64,000 bases of DNA, from positions 733,047-797,046 of the forward strand of contig NW_004797441.1 of assembly GCF_000002075.1 (NCBI RefSeq). Direction: 5' to 3'. Positions 25,501 to 36,800 of this stretch are shown here, piece after piece. Numbering within the stretch: the first letter of the stretch is position 1; every line of letters starts with the position of its first letter. The position numbers and the translations under genes are program-made. This stretch comes from Aplysia californica. Its lineage: Eukaryota. The notes below the pieces were generated by a model, which did not search any database, was not told the origin of the DNA, and saw nothing but the letters and a program-made list of their open reading frames with translations.

Positions 25501-26526
25501 GTGTTATACTTTAGTAACACCTCTAATCTTGGCACTTATATAACTTATTTGTGTTTCAAGTGTCGTAAATGTAATACTCATACTAAAACTAAAACAAGTT
25601 ATTGTACAATTCGGTTGGTCAGTGACAGTGAGTATGATTTCATTTTATGAATGTCATTTGGGATTGAAGAATATAAAGGTAAAGTGCTTACCCGAAGTGG
25701 CAGGAGATGATGATGTAGCTCTTACAAGATGCAGTCTCAGCCATGAGTCATCTATTCACAATTTTCTGGGTTTATTGTACTGGGTGTCCTTTTGGAAAGA
25801 GAAATGTGGCCACTCTTTCATGTTTGAAGAATTTGATAACTCTTTTGTTCCTTGCAGACAAGGCAGATACAATGCCAGTCGATGAACGGAAGAAATATGC
25901 AGAAAAGGTGAGATGTCTTCATAAACGATTTGCTTTTGTATAGATGTTTGTAAATATTTTTCACTTAGGCTAAAAATTTTTTCACTGCAACTGCTGTGAA
26001 TGTCAAGCAGCTTTTTTGCAAACTGCTGATGTACTGGACAATGGAATGTGCAAATTTTACGGAAAACTAATAGCTTTATCATCTTTAAATTGTTGATAAT
26101 TTCGACAAAAGTTAAAGTGCTCCTCCATCCTGATTTTACATTCAAGGTCTTGTCTGTGCTCAAGTCATGTTCAAAGGAGAAGACTAGATATCTTTAAAAA
26201 ACCTTTAATAAATGCATGCCCTCCAGATGTCCTTGTTTACACTTTCATAATGGATAGAAGTACAGATCTATAGAAACTTTCATGTATCTAGTTTTGTTTG
26301 ATGTGTGTATTTTTCCTTACAGTAAGTTACAGTAGAATGTATATGTTCGTAATCTACATGATTATGTTGTAGATGAATCTGGTGATTAAGTTGGAAAGAT
26401 AGTCTTACTAAATAAAACCCTGTTTTGTTTTATCCTTTCCTGTTTAAGGTTGCTGTTTCATTTTGGAAAGCCATTGGTGGAGATGAAGATGAAATTTTGG
26501 GTCTGGATGATTCGGATGCTGACTGA
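16508..26526 (+). CDS. AAGAB: Alpha- and gamma-adaptin-binding protein p34; join(16508-16574,19532-19722,20591-20690,21098-21184,23396-23479,23796-24233,25032-25106,25858-25907,26449-26526), 389 aa
   Basis: All introns GT-AG, phases consistent, total 1170 nt. Hallmark peptides [67 protein letters not shown] and [19 protein letters not shown] match the AAGAB family. Confidence 0.95.
17317..17477. mobile_element. 161-bp MITE with GG termini, ~26-bp TIRs, 8-bp TSD and a TTAGGG-like G-rich core (possibly Merlin-type)
   Basis: TIR GG(G/A)AGGACTTCCGTAAC(A/G)AG(T/C)GACCAC. Flanks AGGCCATC (17309-17316) and TGGCCATC (17478-17485). Confidence 0.7.
17675..17790 (+). pseudogene. Remnant of a pogo/Tigger (CENP-B-like HTH-psq) transposase N-terminus
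   Basis: Translates [21 protein letters not shown], resembling the psq-type HTH start of Tigger transposases. Short and frameshifted. Confidence 0.4.
21197..21969. mobile_element. Pogo/Tigger-type MITE family C, uninterrupted copy in AAGAB intron 4
   Basis: Degenerate TIRs CA(C/A)TCAAACCCT(A/G)TTAT. Homologous in inverse orientation to 32782-35122. Confidence 0.7.
25431..25595 (+). mobile_element. Short retroposon family R, slightly 5'-truncated, old copy
   Basis: TSD AAGTTATT (25423-25430 / 25596-25603), (CTAAAA) tail, body homologous to 31678-31854. Confidence 0.7.
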
Positions 26527-26916
26527 CTGTAGGGTCTAGCACTATGACGTAAAGTGCCGATTACTCTACTCTGTACCATCGCAGTACATTTTATACCCGC
26601 AATAGTGGTGGAAATGATAACAAAGTCTTTCAGATATGGTCCTGTCCTCATTTTAGCTGTGAACTGATAGTCAACAAAGTTTTTGTAAATTGTAAAGTAG
26701 GCCTATTTCACATTCAAGACAGGCTTAGTGAATTTGCAATTGTGTCAGAATGTCTTAATGAAAGCATTTTTCTTGAAAATGTTTTATTCTTACTTTTCTC
26801 TTTGTTTTAATCATGGAAGAGCTGTGGTACCTAGTTAATGCCTACAGGAAAAATTCTAGTTTAATGAAACTCAAATACTTGAAATGATTTGAGATACAGG
26901 TACTCTATTAGTATTA

Positions 26917-27719
26917 CAGTGGAACTCGGATTCAACAAGATGAGATAGATTCCCCATTTTTTTTCTTCTTTAAAATCAATAATAATAACCCGGATTCAAC
27001 AAGCACTTAAATCAGCGAGCTCGGATTCAACGAGTGCTTTCCAGGGTGAACAGCCCCCGCAGATGTGGCTTCGCTCATTTTACTCTCAGAATGAACTTTA
27101 TCTGTTTCCGGAAACCATCCATTGCACCTGCATCATGAACCATTATTCACTTAGCCGATTGCATGCGACCAATCTGCGGTCTTTTTTTCATACCAACACA
27201 TGCGTTGTTGGCCCGCACGCGTGTCTACTCTAGCGTGTGTCGGGCTCGGATGGGCGGCCTGCACACGTGTGATTGTGTGTGCGTGTCGGGGAGGGGGGGC
27301 ACTAGCGGTCCGGGCGTTGAACGTCGCAGATACAAACGCGTCGGTCTCCCCCCCCCCCCCCGGCAACTGATCATTATTACAATGATAAGCTAGTCTTGGC
27401 GTACATCTATGTAATGAATTGTGCGCTGGTCTATGGAATCAAAATTTGCCGTATGCTAGGCTCTACACATCAACACTACTTTTTGGTAAACAATCGAGAT
27501 GACACAGGCGTGTGCATTTGAACGAATCGGCCTTTTTTTTTGTTTACACACCTCATAATATGCAGACATTTCAGGCACTACTTGTGACTTCTCTTTATAC
27601 ATTAAAGTTACAGTGCCTGTAATTACCTACACAAAACCTCGTGTTTGCTATAACGAAGACTCAGATTCAACGAGATTTTAGGTCAGGCCCGGCGACCTCG
27701 TTGAATCTGAGTTCCACTG
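26917..27719. mobile_element. Tc1/mariner-pogo-type MITE family B in the probable AAGAB 3' UTR
   Basis: TA + CAGTGGAACTCGGATTCAAC ... GTTGAATCTGAGTTCCACTG. Other copies at 31889-32250 (partial, inverted), ~44420-45703 and 52349-53140. Confidence 0.85.
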
Positions 27720-30700
27720 TTGTAGAACTACTATAATTTTTTAGTAAAAGTAACATAGAACGGTGTACTTTAGGACTGAGGAAAAAATTAAAGAGTGTTG
27801 TTTCTGTATGATCCATTAGAATTTAATGATTGCATCGATACAAAAATAAATGCTGTATCTTCATTGTTATTTTTCCATGGTTTCAGACGAACAATGTATA
27901 CATTTTATTAAACAGGACATTTCATTTTTATGAGGATTATTATAGATTAGAAATATTAAGAGCCAGGATCAGCATTTGACTAGTATGTATATCTTTTTGT
28001 TTTCTGGGTTCAACATTTATATGCATATATATTTATATCAGTAATAGCATCATAAGGGTTCCTTCTGAAACTTTTTCTCTTTTCTTATCAAGAGGTTCTT
28101 ACCCAGTAAGTGTTCAGTTCAAGGAATTCAATACTACACTTAACTGACAGTTTCTTCAGAGAAACAGTCTATGATCCTTGATTTATGAAAAGTTGTTTCA
28201 TATCAGTGCATGTGATCATGGTAAGCAATATGTTAGTCTTAATTTCTTAACTTCTTGGATGTTAGATTAAGGTATTAACTTAAGAGTAATAGGTTAGGTA
28301 TAACACTTCATAAATTATGATGATACATTTATTTTGGCAATGGGATGGAGGCAGTTGAACTTGGATACAATGAAGTTGTCAGGCCTGACCTCCACTTCCA
28401 CAATGATTCCAATAGTTCTTTGAAAGTAATGTGAGCTTTATGATCAATAATTGCAGGTGCCAGCATCGTCTGTTTTAAGTAGGCCAATTCCCTCTAACAT
28501 ACACACCGTTGTCATATATGACTTCTGATGAATCAAACAAGTTGCAGTGTAGCCTAGAGACTTGCGTACGACAATGTTTGGTTCCACAGACCAGCGCACA
28601 GTTCAAATGTAGATCTATGTTGGTCACTGTTCAGAAGCTAAAGACCAAGGAAAAAATTTATGACTATGTCACTACTCACATTATATCTCTGCTGACGTTC
28701 TACCCCCCCCCCCCCCCCATATACACACACACTGGTACTGGCCGCTTGTCCAACCTTTCCTGACCCCAGTTCATGTTAAGACACACATCTTATGTTCGTA
28801 TCAACAATGCATGTGGTGATTAATAAATAGGTCACATAAGTTTGTTGATTAATCTAAGCATATGATATTCATGTTGCAGGGCAATCAACAGTCCCTTGGA
28901 ATAGAGTAGTCTATTAATACAATTATTCCAATGCTGCGTTGGTTATGGGAGAAACTTTGTGAGGCTTTCTATTCTATCTATACTAAATCGGGACATTTGA
29001 AGAAAATTCACGTGTATGAATAAGCTTTTTCGTCTTATATTTAATCATGCTCTGTAACATTAGTGGAAATGAACTTTTGTGACAGTATTTTGTGTGACTG
29101 GTGGAAGAGGTTTACAATGGAAGAACATTCCAGAAATATGGTGTATTAAAATTATGAAAATATCAGCATTTTTCCGTGTTTCAGTACATTTGAGCTGTTG
29201 TCTGCTGTTCTTCAAATAATTAATTCATGTGTTAATATTCTTTTTTCTTCTATTATTACTATTCGTTAGTATTGTTTTTTTCTTGTTTCTGAGTCCCATG
29301 TAGACACCAATGTCAGGCTCAGCTCTTCTACAGCTAAGATGAATCAGTTTCACCCGTGAGCTGTTAATTGTTTTAGGGGTCTTCATCATCAAAATTCACA
29401 CTTCTGAGCTAATATAATGTTTGTGGCAGGGATGACATGAAATATTTATTTTCACCCATAAGTACCTACGGTTTAAGTTTAAACAAGGCTGACAGTGAAC
29501 TGTCTACAGTATGTACCAGGAATTTAATAAAGCTACCAACGAAATAAGTTCAGGACAAAAAGCTCCTACAGATCTGAATAGGCCCTACCTACAAACAACA
29601 AGAAACAAACTTATGATGTCAACAATTTTTATTTTATTGTTATCTGACAATTAAGTAATTTGCATTGCAAGCACAATTCACTCTTGCCTTGTGGATTTCA
29701 CAAGCAGCATGCATATATATGACAAAGAGCTTCTAATTTGGCAGTACATGTTATTTTTAATTTGAATTTGTGCACACACAAACACAGAAAGAAAGAGTAG
29801 AGAGAGAGAGAGAGAGAGACAGAATACTCGGCTATGCAACTGGCTGACAAAAAGACGACTTTTCTAACACAGATGACACAGCAAAATCATTTCCCTTGAC
29901 GTTGGACAGTCAGGGCTATTAAACAGATGACAGCATTAGAACCCTATTATATACAACCAACCCCATTATAACTCAAACTTCATGCTTATCCAATGTTGGC
30001 AGTACACTGAAGTTTGATTGTATGCACTAATTGGAAAAAAAAATTAATGCTTTTATATCACTGATTCAATACATAGAGGCATTCTGAAGGGAAGTCTCCA
30101 AGGGCAATTATAAAGAGGAGAAAAGGTTCCGACGGAAAATCATTATTCAGAACAGGCTTTATTGGGAAATTAATCCTTTTTTAAACTTTCCCCAATTTTC
30201 CACCCACTCTTTTCACCCCAGGAAAGAAAAATGTCAACTTCCATCAAAGCCATTAAACTCCTTATCTCTGGCATGCAGCTCACAGCAGCTTGCAGTCTGA
30301 ACCGCTGTGCCGGTGATCTACTGGCATTAGTTCGCTCACATTCCTTTACGACAACTACGTAATATTCATTTTTAGCAATTGCCGGAAACAGATTTCTTTT
30401 ACTGGAAGTTCTTGCATTAGATAAAAATAACTATCAAAATAGGTTCATTTCTTTTGATTTAAGGACCAATTTAGTGACATGTAGGCCTATGTCACTTTCA
30501 GGTTTCATACCAAAAGAGATCTTGGGCATAGTGGGGGAAAAACCCCTCCGGAGATAAAGAGCTAAGATCAAAGAACCAGAGCCCAGCCCAATATGCATAA
30601 CACAAAATGGGACAGGAGTTATTACTGGCTTATGTCAAAGGACATGAGGAGGTGACACAGTCACCTGATGCAGACACAGAGAGTCCAGTCTGAACGAAGG

Positions 30701-30889
30701 TGAAATTAGTTCAGAGTCATAATCATTAGGTCACTAAAGCCAATTCACCCAGCGCTCACCTACTCCCGATCACATGAAGGGCACTTTTCCAAAACACAGT
30801 TGTTTCCCTCTGAGACTGTCAATGTAACTAATGGTGCTCTTCCAAAAGCACTAGTAAAAGATTACTGGCAACTCTGAAGGTCAAGAACA

Positions 30890-33800
30890 TCACGCTACAG
30901 CAATACTATCATTCTCATCCTGTACACTCTGATCTGTCTGTTTCTCAAGTTCTCTTCCCTCTGATTGCAATTCGGTTTCAGAAGTATCTTGCACTCGTTC
31001 ACTGTGTTCCCTTTCTAAATTATCAACATCATTATCACACAGTGAATTATCTTGTTCATCCACTTTCTCAGCTTTCTTTGAGGAAGTATCTCCAACCACA
31101 AGATCCATGTTGCTTGGTTCTTCATTTAATGACAGCTGACCATTTTGTTGAGGCTGTGTTCCTGAACTGCTACTGTGATCAGACACAACCCCTGTGGTGA
31201 TGCTTGTACCTGAAAAAATTAAAGTGAGAGTTTACCTTAATTTATAGTAGTTAGTAGTAGTTACAGTCTCATGCCCCTTTTGATCAAAACCTCAACTAAC
31301 TTAACAATACCTCCATTGCTGGCATGTACACTCTTTGTTTTGTTTTAGTAAGCATTTTACAGCACTTGCAATAGCAACACAATTTGGTCATATAATAAGT
31401 GCCAAAGATTACAGGTGTGACAAGATTAGAGAGTAACAAACACAAAAAAGAAGGAAGAAAGATAAGGACGATAGATGTTTAATAAGAAAGGACAACGGAG
31501 CATCCGTCAACCACCCACTATGTACGCTCAAAAGCTTTATCTCAGTTCCCTGTGGTAAATGATATGATAGCCTGTTAAATACTTCAGTTCTCACTCATTT
31601 GTTCATGTTCCGAACAGAATAAACATGCATGTAGAGGGAAAAATATTCAAACATTAGGACAAATGTAACAGAAGACTTTTTTTTAGTTGAGGTTCTATGG
31701 CACTCGTAACTGCATAAGGTCATATGAGCGCCAGAAGATTAGAGGTGTTACAAGAGAGTAACAAACATAAAAAAGAAGAAGGGGAGATAAGGACGATAGA
31801 TGTTTGATAGGAAAGAAGGAGCAAACCACACCAGAGCAGCCGCCAACCACCCACAACAGAAGACTACAATGACAGCTAGTCAATAGTACAGTGGAACTCG
31901 GATTCAACGAGGTCGCCGGGCCTGACCTAAAATCTCGTTGAATCCCAGTTTTCGTTATAGCAAACACAAGGTTTTATGTAGATAATTACAGGCTCTGAGC
32001 AAGTAATGTATAAAGAGAAGTCACAAGTAGTGCCTGAAATGACTGCATATTATGAGCTGTGTAAAAAAAAGACTGATTCGTTCAAATGCACATGCATGTG
32101 TCATCTCGATCGTTTACCAAAAAGTTGTGTTGCTGTGTAGAGCCAAGCATACGGCAACTTTAGATTCCATAGACCAGGGCACAATTCATTACGTAGATCT
32201 ACGTCAAGACTAGCTTATCATTGTAATAGTGATCAGTTGCCGAGGGGAAAAAATTACTAAAGTACTCATTGTAATAAACTAAATAAACAATATTTTTATT
32301 TTTAGATCCCAAAACTGATCACAATGGTAGAGAAGTTAAAGTATTTGTTCATTATTAACGTAGTACTGAACAGGCTCAGAAAGACAACCTGTTAAAGGTT
32401 TTCAAACTTGGAAATAAAGTGATATTTTCTATGACTTGGTAACATTTTTTTCTGTTTAAAAGGAAAAAAAAAACAGGAAAGGAGAACAAAAATGTCATAA
32501 AAGTAACGGCTGAAAACCAATAATGACAAAATAATGGTCAGCTGTTAACTGCTAGGAAAGGTATATGTGGTAGAAAAAAATAACAGCTAACACAAAATGT
32601 CAATGCCTACTACCAGTAAAAAAAATCTATTAAAAAAATCAAACAGGCAACTTAAGAGATCAGATCCCAAAAATGACAAAAACTATATAAGAAAACAAGT
32701 ATATCCCAGCTCACTTGACCAAACTATGTATTTCTAAAAGGTTGAAATGATGTTCCCATTTTATCCTGTCATTAAAACGTACAGTCAAACCCAGGTATAC
32801 AGCAGTCCAGTTTACCACCAGGTTTTGCCATGGCACAAAAGAAACATGTATATAAACACATTATTTGTCTCTTAAACCCTTGAGTCCTGACCTGCTGAGG
32901 ATACCATGCCCCACTGCCTGAGCTCTGGAGCGATTTATTACTAACATTCATAAGAATGTCAGAATCACATTCCACATCCCACTCAGGGTGTTGTCCTTGT
33001 CATTGCCAACATCTAATTCAGTACAATCTTCAAAATAATCAGTAAAGTCTTGTGTAGTAAACGCTGTTTTCTGTACACGTTTTTTCTCAGGCAGGCCGGG
33101 TTGGGGATAGGGTACCGGTGGCTAGGCATACAGGCAATTTTACCGGCCACCAGTGTCAAGGGCTTAAAGGGTTAAATCGCCATCCACCAACTGCCTGAAC
33201 AGTACGGTCCTTTCTAAACTAATGTAAATTTGCCCTGTAACACTGCCAGCAAACTGGCTGCAAGAGGTACACACTACACATGGTGCACAGCACCCACTGA
33301 GCATTGATAAGTAATAATCTTCCTTTCCACTCTGCAAGGCAGTAATCGTCCCATGCAGGAAGACCAAAGTCCATCTCATCTACTTTTGGACAAAGAGAAC
33401 TAAATCCAGTGCTTCCACCAGCTGAAGCTGAAAAGTAAGGAAAATTCTGCCGCATAGGCCCCCAGCAGCGTCCAGGGACAGCGTCCCGTGGGGGTTCACC
33501 CGAAGAATTCAAAATTTAGTACTTTTAGAGGGTTGAAAATGGCATTTGGGAGCCTGTTTGAAGAGATTGCCAACAACCCATACTACCTATTTTTTCACCA
33601 AGATTTTGTCTTGTTTGAATTCTTCACACATATCTTTCTATTGCTGGCAATGTTTAAAAGCAGGTTTCCCTTCCATTGCTACTATAATTCAATTAATTTG
33701 TCATCGCACCATTGATAGAAGAAAAACCTGGGAATAATGAATAGAAATATGTACCTTCACAATTATACAGTTACCTAGCATATACCTTAATTTTCCTCAA

Positions 33801-36800
33801 TTTTCACGTCTGAATGTCGCATGTCACAACCTCGGAACACCACTTCGAATTATTCTTGATTTTAGTAGTTTTAGCACAAATTTCTATCATCGCAGCCCTT
33901 ATCGCATTCCCGTGCCGTAGAATCTTCGAACTGATAATTTCTCTAGATCTAGACAATAAATTTGCGAAAAAGTTTCTTTTTGACAGTAATTTTCTAAGAT
34001 CACAAGTCAATATATACTTGATCAACGCGCAGATTTTCCCGCCGCGGCAACAATCCGAAGATAGACAGAAGGAATGAGTGAATGATAGAAAGGAGGAAAG
34101 TGGCACAAAGAGTTCGCCAGATTTTGATCAATCTGCAGGTAAAAAATGTACTGCCGACCAACCCGCAATGAATGCATGGGGCATAGCGGATTAATGGCCG
34201 ATGGCTGGAAATGCGCAATCTCGCAGGTTTCTATACCGTAACAAACTATTGCTGAGAGAATTACCGTAAATATCAGTAACTTATACTTACAAGACGGTAC
34301 GAAGCCGAGTACGGGTCTTTTGCTACGGAATTTCGGTAGCCCTACGCTGTTGCAAATTTTTACAGAGGGAGTTGATACTGATGGAGGAACAAGTACAAAA
34401 CTAGCAGAAAGTAATTTCGGTAGAAATACCGAAGAATGGAAGCACTGTAAACTAATGTAGATTTGCCCTGTAACACCGCCAGCGAACTGGCTGCAAGAGG
34501 TACACAGTACACATGGTGCACAGAACCCACTGAGCAGCTGAGCATTGATAAGTAATAATCTTCTTTTCCACTCTACAAGGCAGTAATCGTCCCATGCAGG
34601 AAGACCAAAGTTATCTCATCTACATTTGGACAAAGAGAACTAAATCAGAATATTGTCCTTCGTCTTGTCATTGCAGAATCATTTCCTTTGACTTTGGGCA
34701 GTCTGTGCTTTTAATTTAACAGAGGGCAGCATTAACGATCGGCGATGTTTTCCACCCAGTTTCTTTGGATTTTCCCCCAAATGCCTTTTTTGTCTTAAGT
34801 TTTAGTTTAGTTTTAGTAGAGGTTTTACGGCGCTCGTAACTGCATAAGGTCATATGAGCGCCAGAAGATTAGAGGTGTTACAAGAGAGTAACAAACATAA
34901 AAAAGAAGAAGGGGAGAAAAGGACGATAGATGTTTGATAGGACAGAAAAAGCAAACCACACCAGAGCACCAGCCAACCACCCACCCTTTGTCTTTGATGG
35001 CAAGGATTTTTACTATATGAGCCTTGTGATGGCAAAGTGTTAAAACCACTTTACACCACAGCCCCATTGTTCTGCCAACTTCATGCTCGTCCCAAGGTTG
35101 GCGGTATTACTGGGTTTGACTGTTCGTGGATAGCCACGGACCACATTGAGCCTCCACCCTCGCCAGGCACAAGTAATAAAGTATAAAGGGGTACAAAAAA
35201 GCATACCATCTGTAGTCTTTGCAAGCCTTGCCGCTCTTCTTTCCATTGCTAGTTGCTTGTTTCTTTCAATTCTTGCTTTCACATCATCAGAGATCACTGT
35301 TTTTTCCTGAATAAGAACAAAAAATGACGAAAATATTATTAATTACTTAAACTAGGAATGGTTGGGAGTTTCCCAGTGCCTCATCTCCTGGTCCAGTGAA
35401 ACAAACCCACTCTCTCACCACCTTCTGCACACAGGAAGTGGGAAAGAAAACTAAAAGTAGGGTCTTAGCCATAGAGCACCTCCTCTTGAAAGAATGTTGT
35501 GTTAAGTGTACTGACAACGGTAGGCTACTGAGGGTTAAATAAAAGCTAGGCAGAGGAATGATGAAATGGCCCAAAATTTCTTCAATTAATCAGATATGCT
35601 GGAATTTTTTGGCCATAATATTGGAAGTTGCAATGCATACAATCAAGAGGGAATATAACGGGGATTCAAAATCCTTGTACGTTAACATGAATTTCGAGTT
35701 AAACTGCTCTGTGTTACACAGAGTCCACCGTACTTCTAAAATTTCAAACGATTTTATCACAATTCATTAGCAATGATGTTAACATGAAATAACAATTGGA
35801 ACACATTCTAAGAAAATGACAAAGCTATCCACCTACAATGGTGTAAAAAGTATACAGTTGATAAGATACATCCTTCTTGTTCAGATATTTCTACATCAGC
35901 ATCATTCATCCTTTCACTGCTTTTTTTTCTGCTTAAGATCACCATTGAACTGATCAAGTACCAAAGACAGGATGAACCATATGCTAAATCTCAAATTGCA
36001 CTGGAGGAATTCAACAAATTTCCATTGAGTTGTTATGTGACAGAGTTATTATGAAATATACAACAGCTAAAACCTTTTTCTAAAATGTGAACTTGTAAAC
36101 CACACAAGTACTAAGAAAATCAGAAAGACATGTCTTCAAATGCAAAAGATTGGTTTCCACTTTCAGATAGCATTCTGAGATTTATATATTTTTTTTGGTA
36201 AGTGTTTTACGGCGCTTGCAACTGCATGATGTCAAATGAATGCGAGGATACATTAGACTTTTTCAGTTGGTAGGAAATTTTGAATTTAGCCCAGGTGGCG
36301 GCTGAAGCTTACTCTTATTGATTTTGGACCATCAAGGGATCTTTAACGCCTGCAATTCGCACATGGGTGTTCCGAGATTTTTTGCCTTTGTCCGAGAAGG
36401 CTAGGTGTAGATCCTTCCAACCAAAAGATCAGGGATGTGGCAGGAAGACAGCAGTAAGAAGGAGCCAAGGAGTAGGTACCAGAAACTAAATTTTCAAAGT
36501 AGCTGTATGCCAAATTTATCTGTTCCATTTGAAAGGCCTATATCCACTGAGCATTTTGGTGTCATTCTTTAACCTCTCAGTCAATTTTTAAGAAAATGGG
36601 AGTTGTTTAAAATTTGATCAAATTTGTTAAAGTCAATCACTGTCAAATCAAACCCCAAGTTTGACAGACAATAAAAGAGTACACTAAGCATCTTCACATT
36701 AACAGAGTACAATCACTATAACAAATATATGGAGCCTAATTTTTTTCAAGACTGAGATCATTACAAATCAGTATTTTATCGCATGAAACAAAAACGTTGA

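Larger units (their letters stand above)
32782..35122. mobile_element. MITE family C host carrying three nested insertions in TIPIN intron 7
   Basis: TIRs CAGTCAAACCCAG at both ends. Pieces between the inserts align with 21197-21969. Confidence 0.75.

Noticed and set aside
33215-34646. TRIM/LTR element with 192-bp LTRs
   Set aside because: The repeats lack TG...CA ends, PBS and PPT, belong to the host MITE, and the interior has its own TIRs.
35860-35935. Extra acidic TIPIN exon
   Set aside because: No polypyrimidine tract, and the phase-0 reading hits a stop. Exons 6 and 7 already join in frame.
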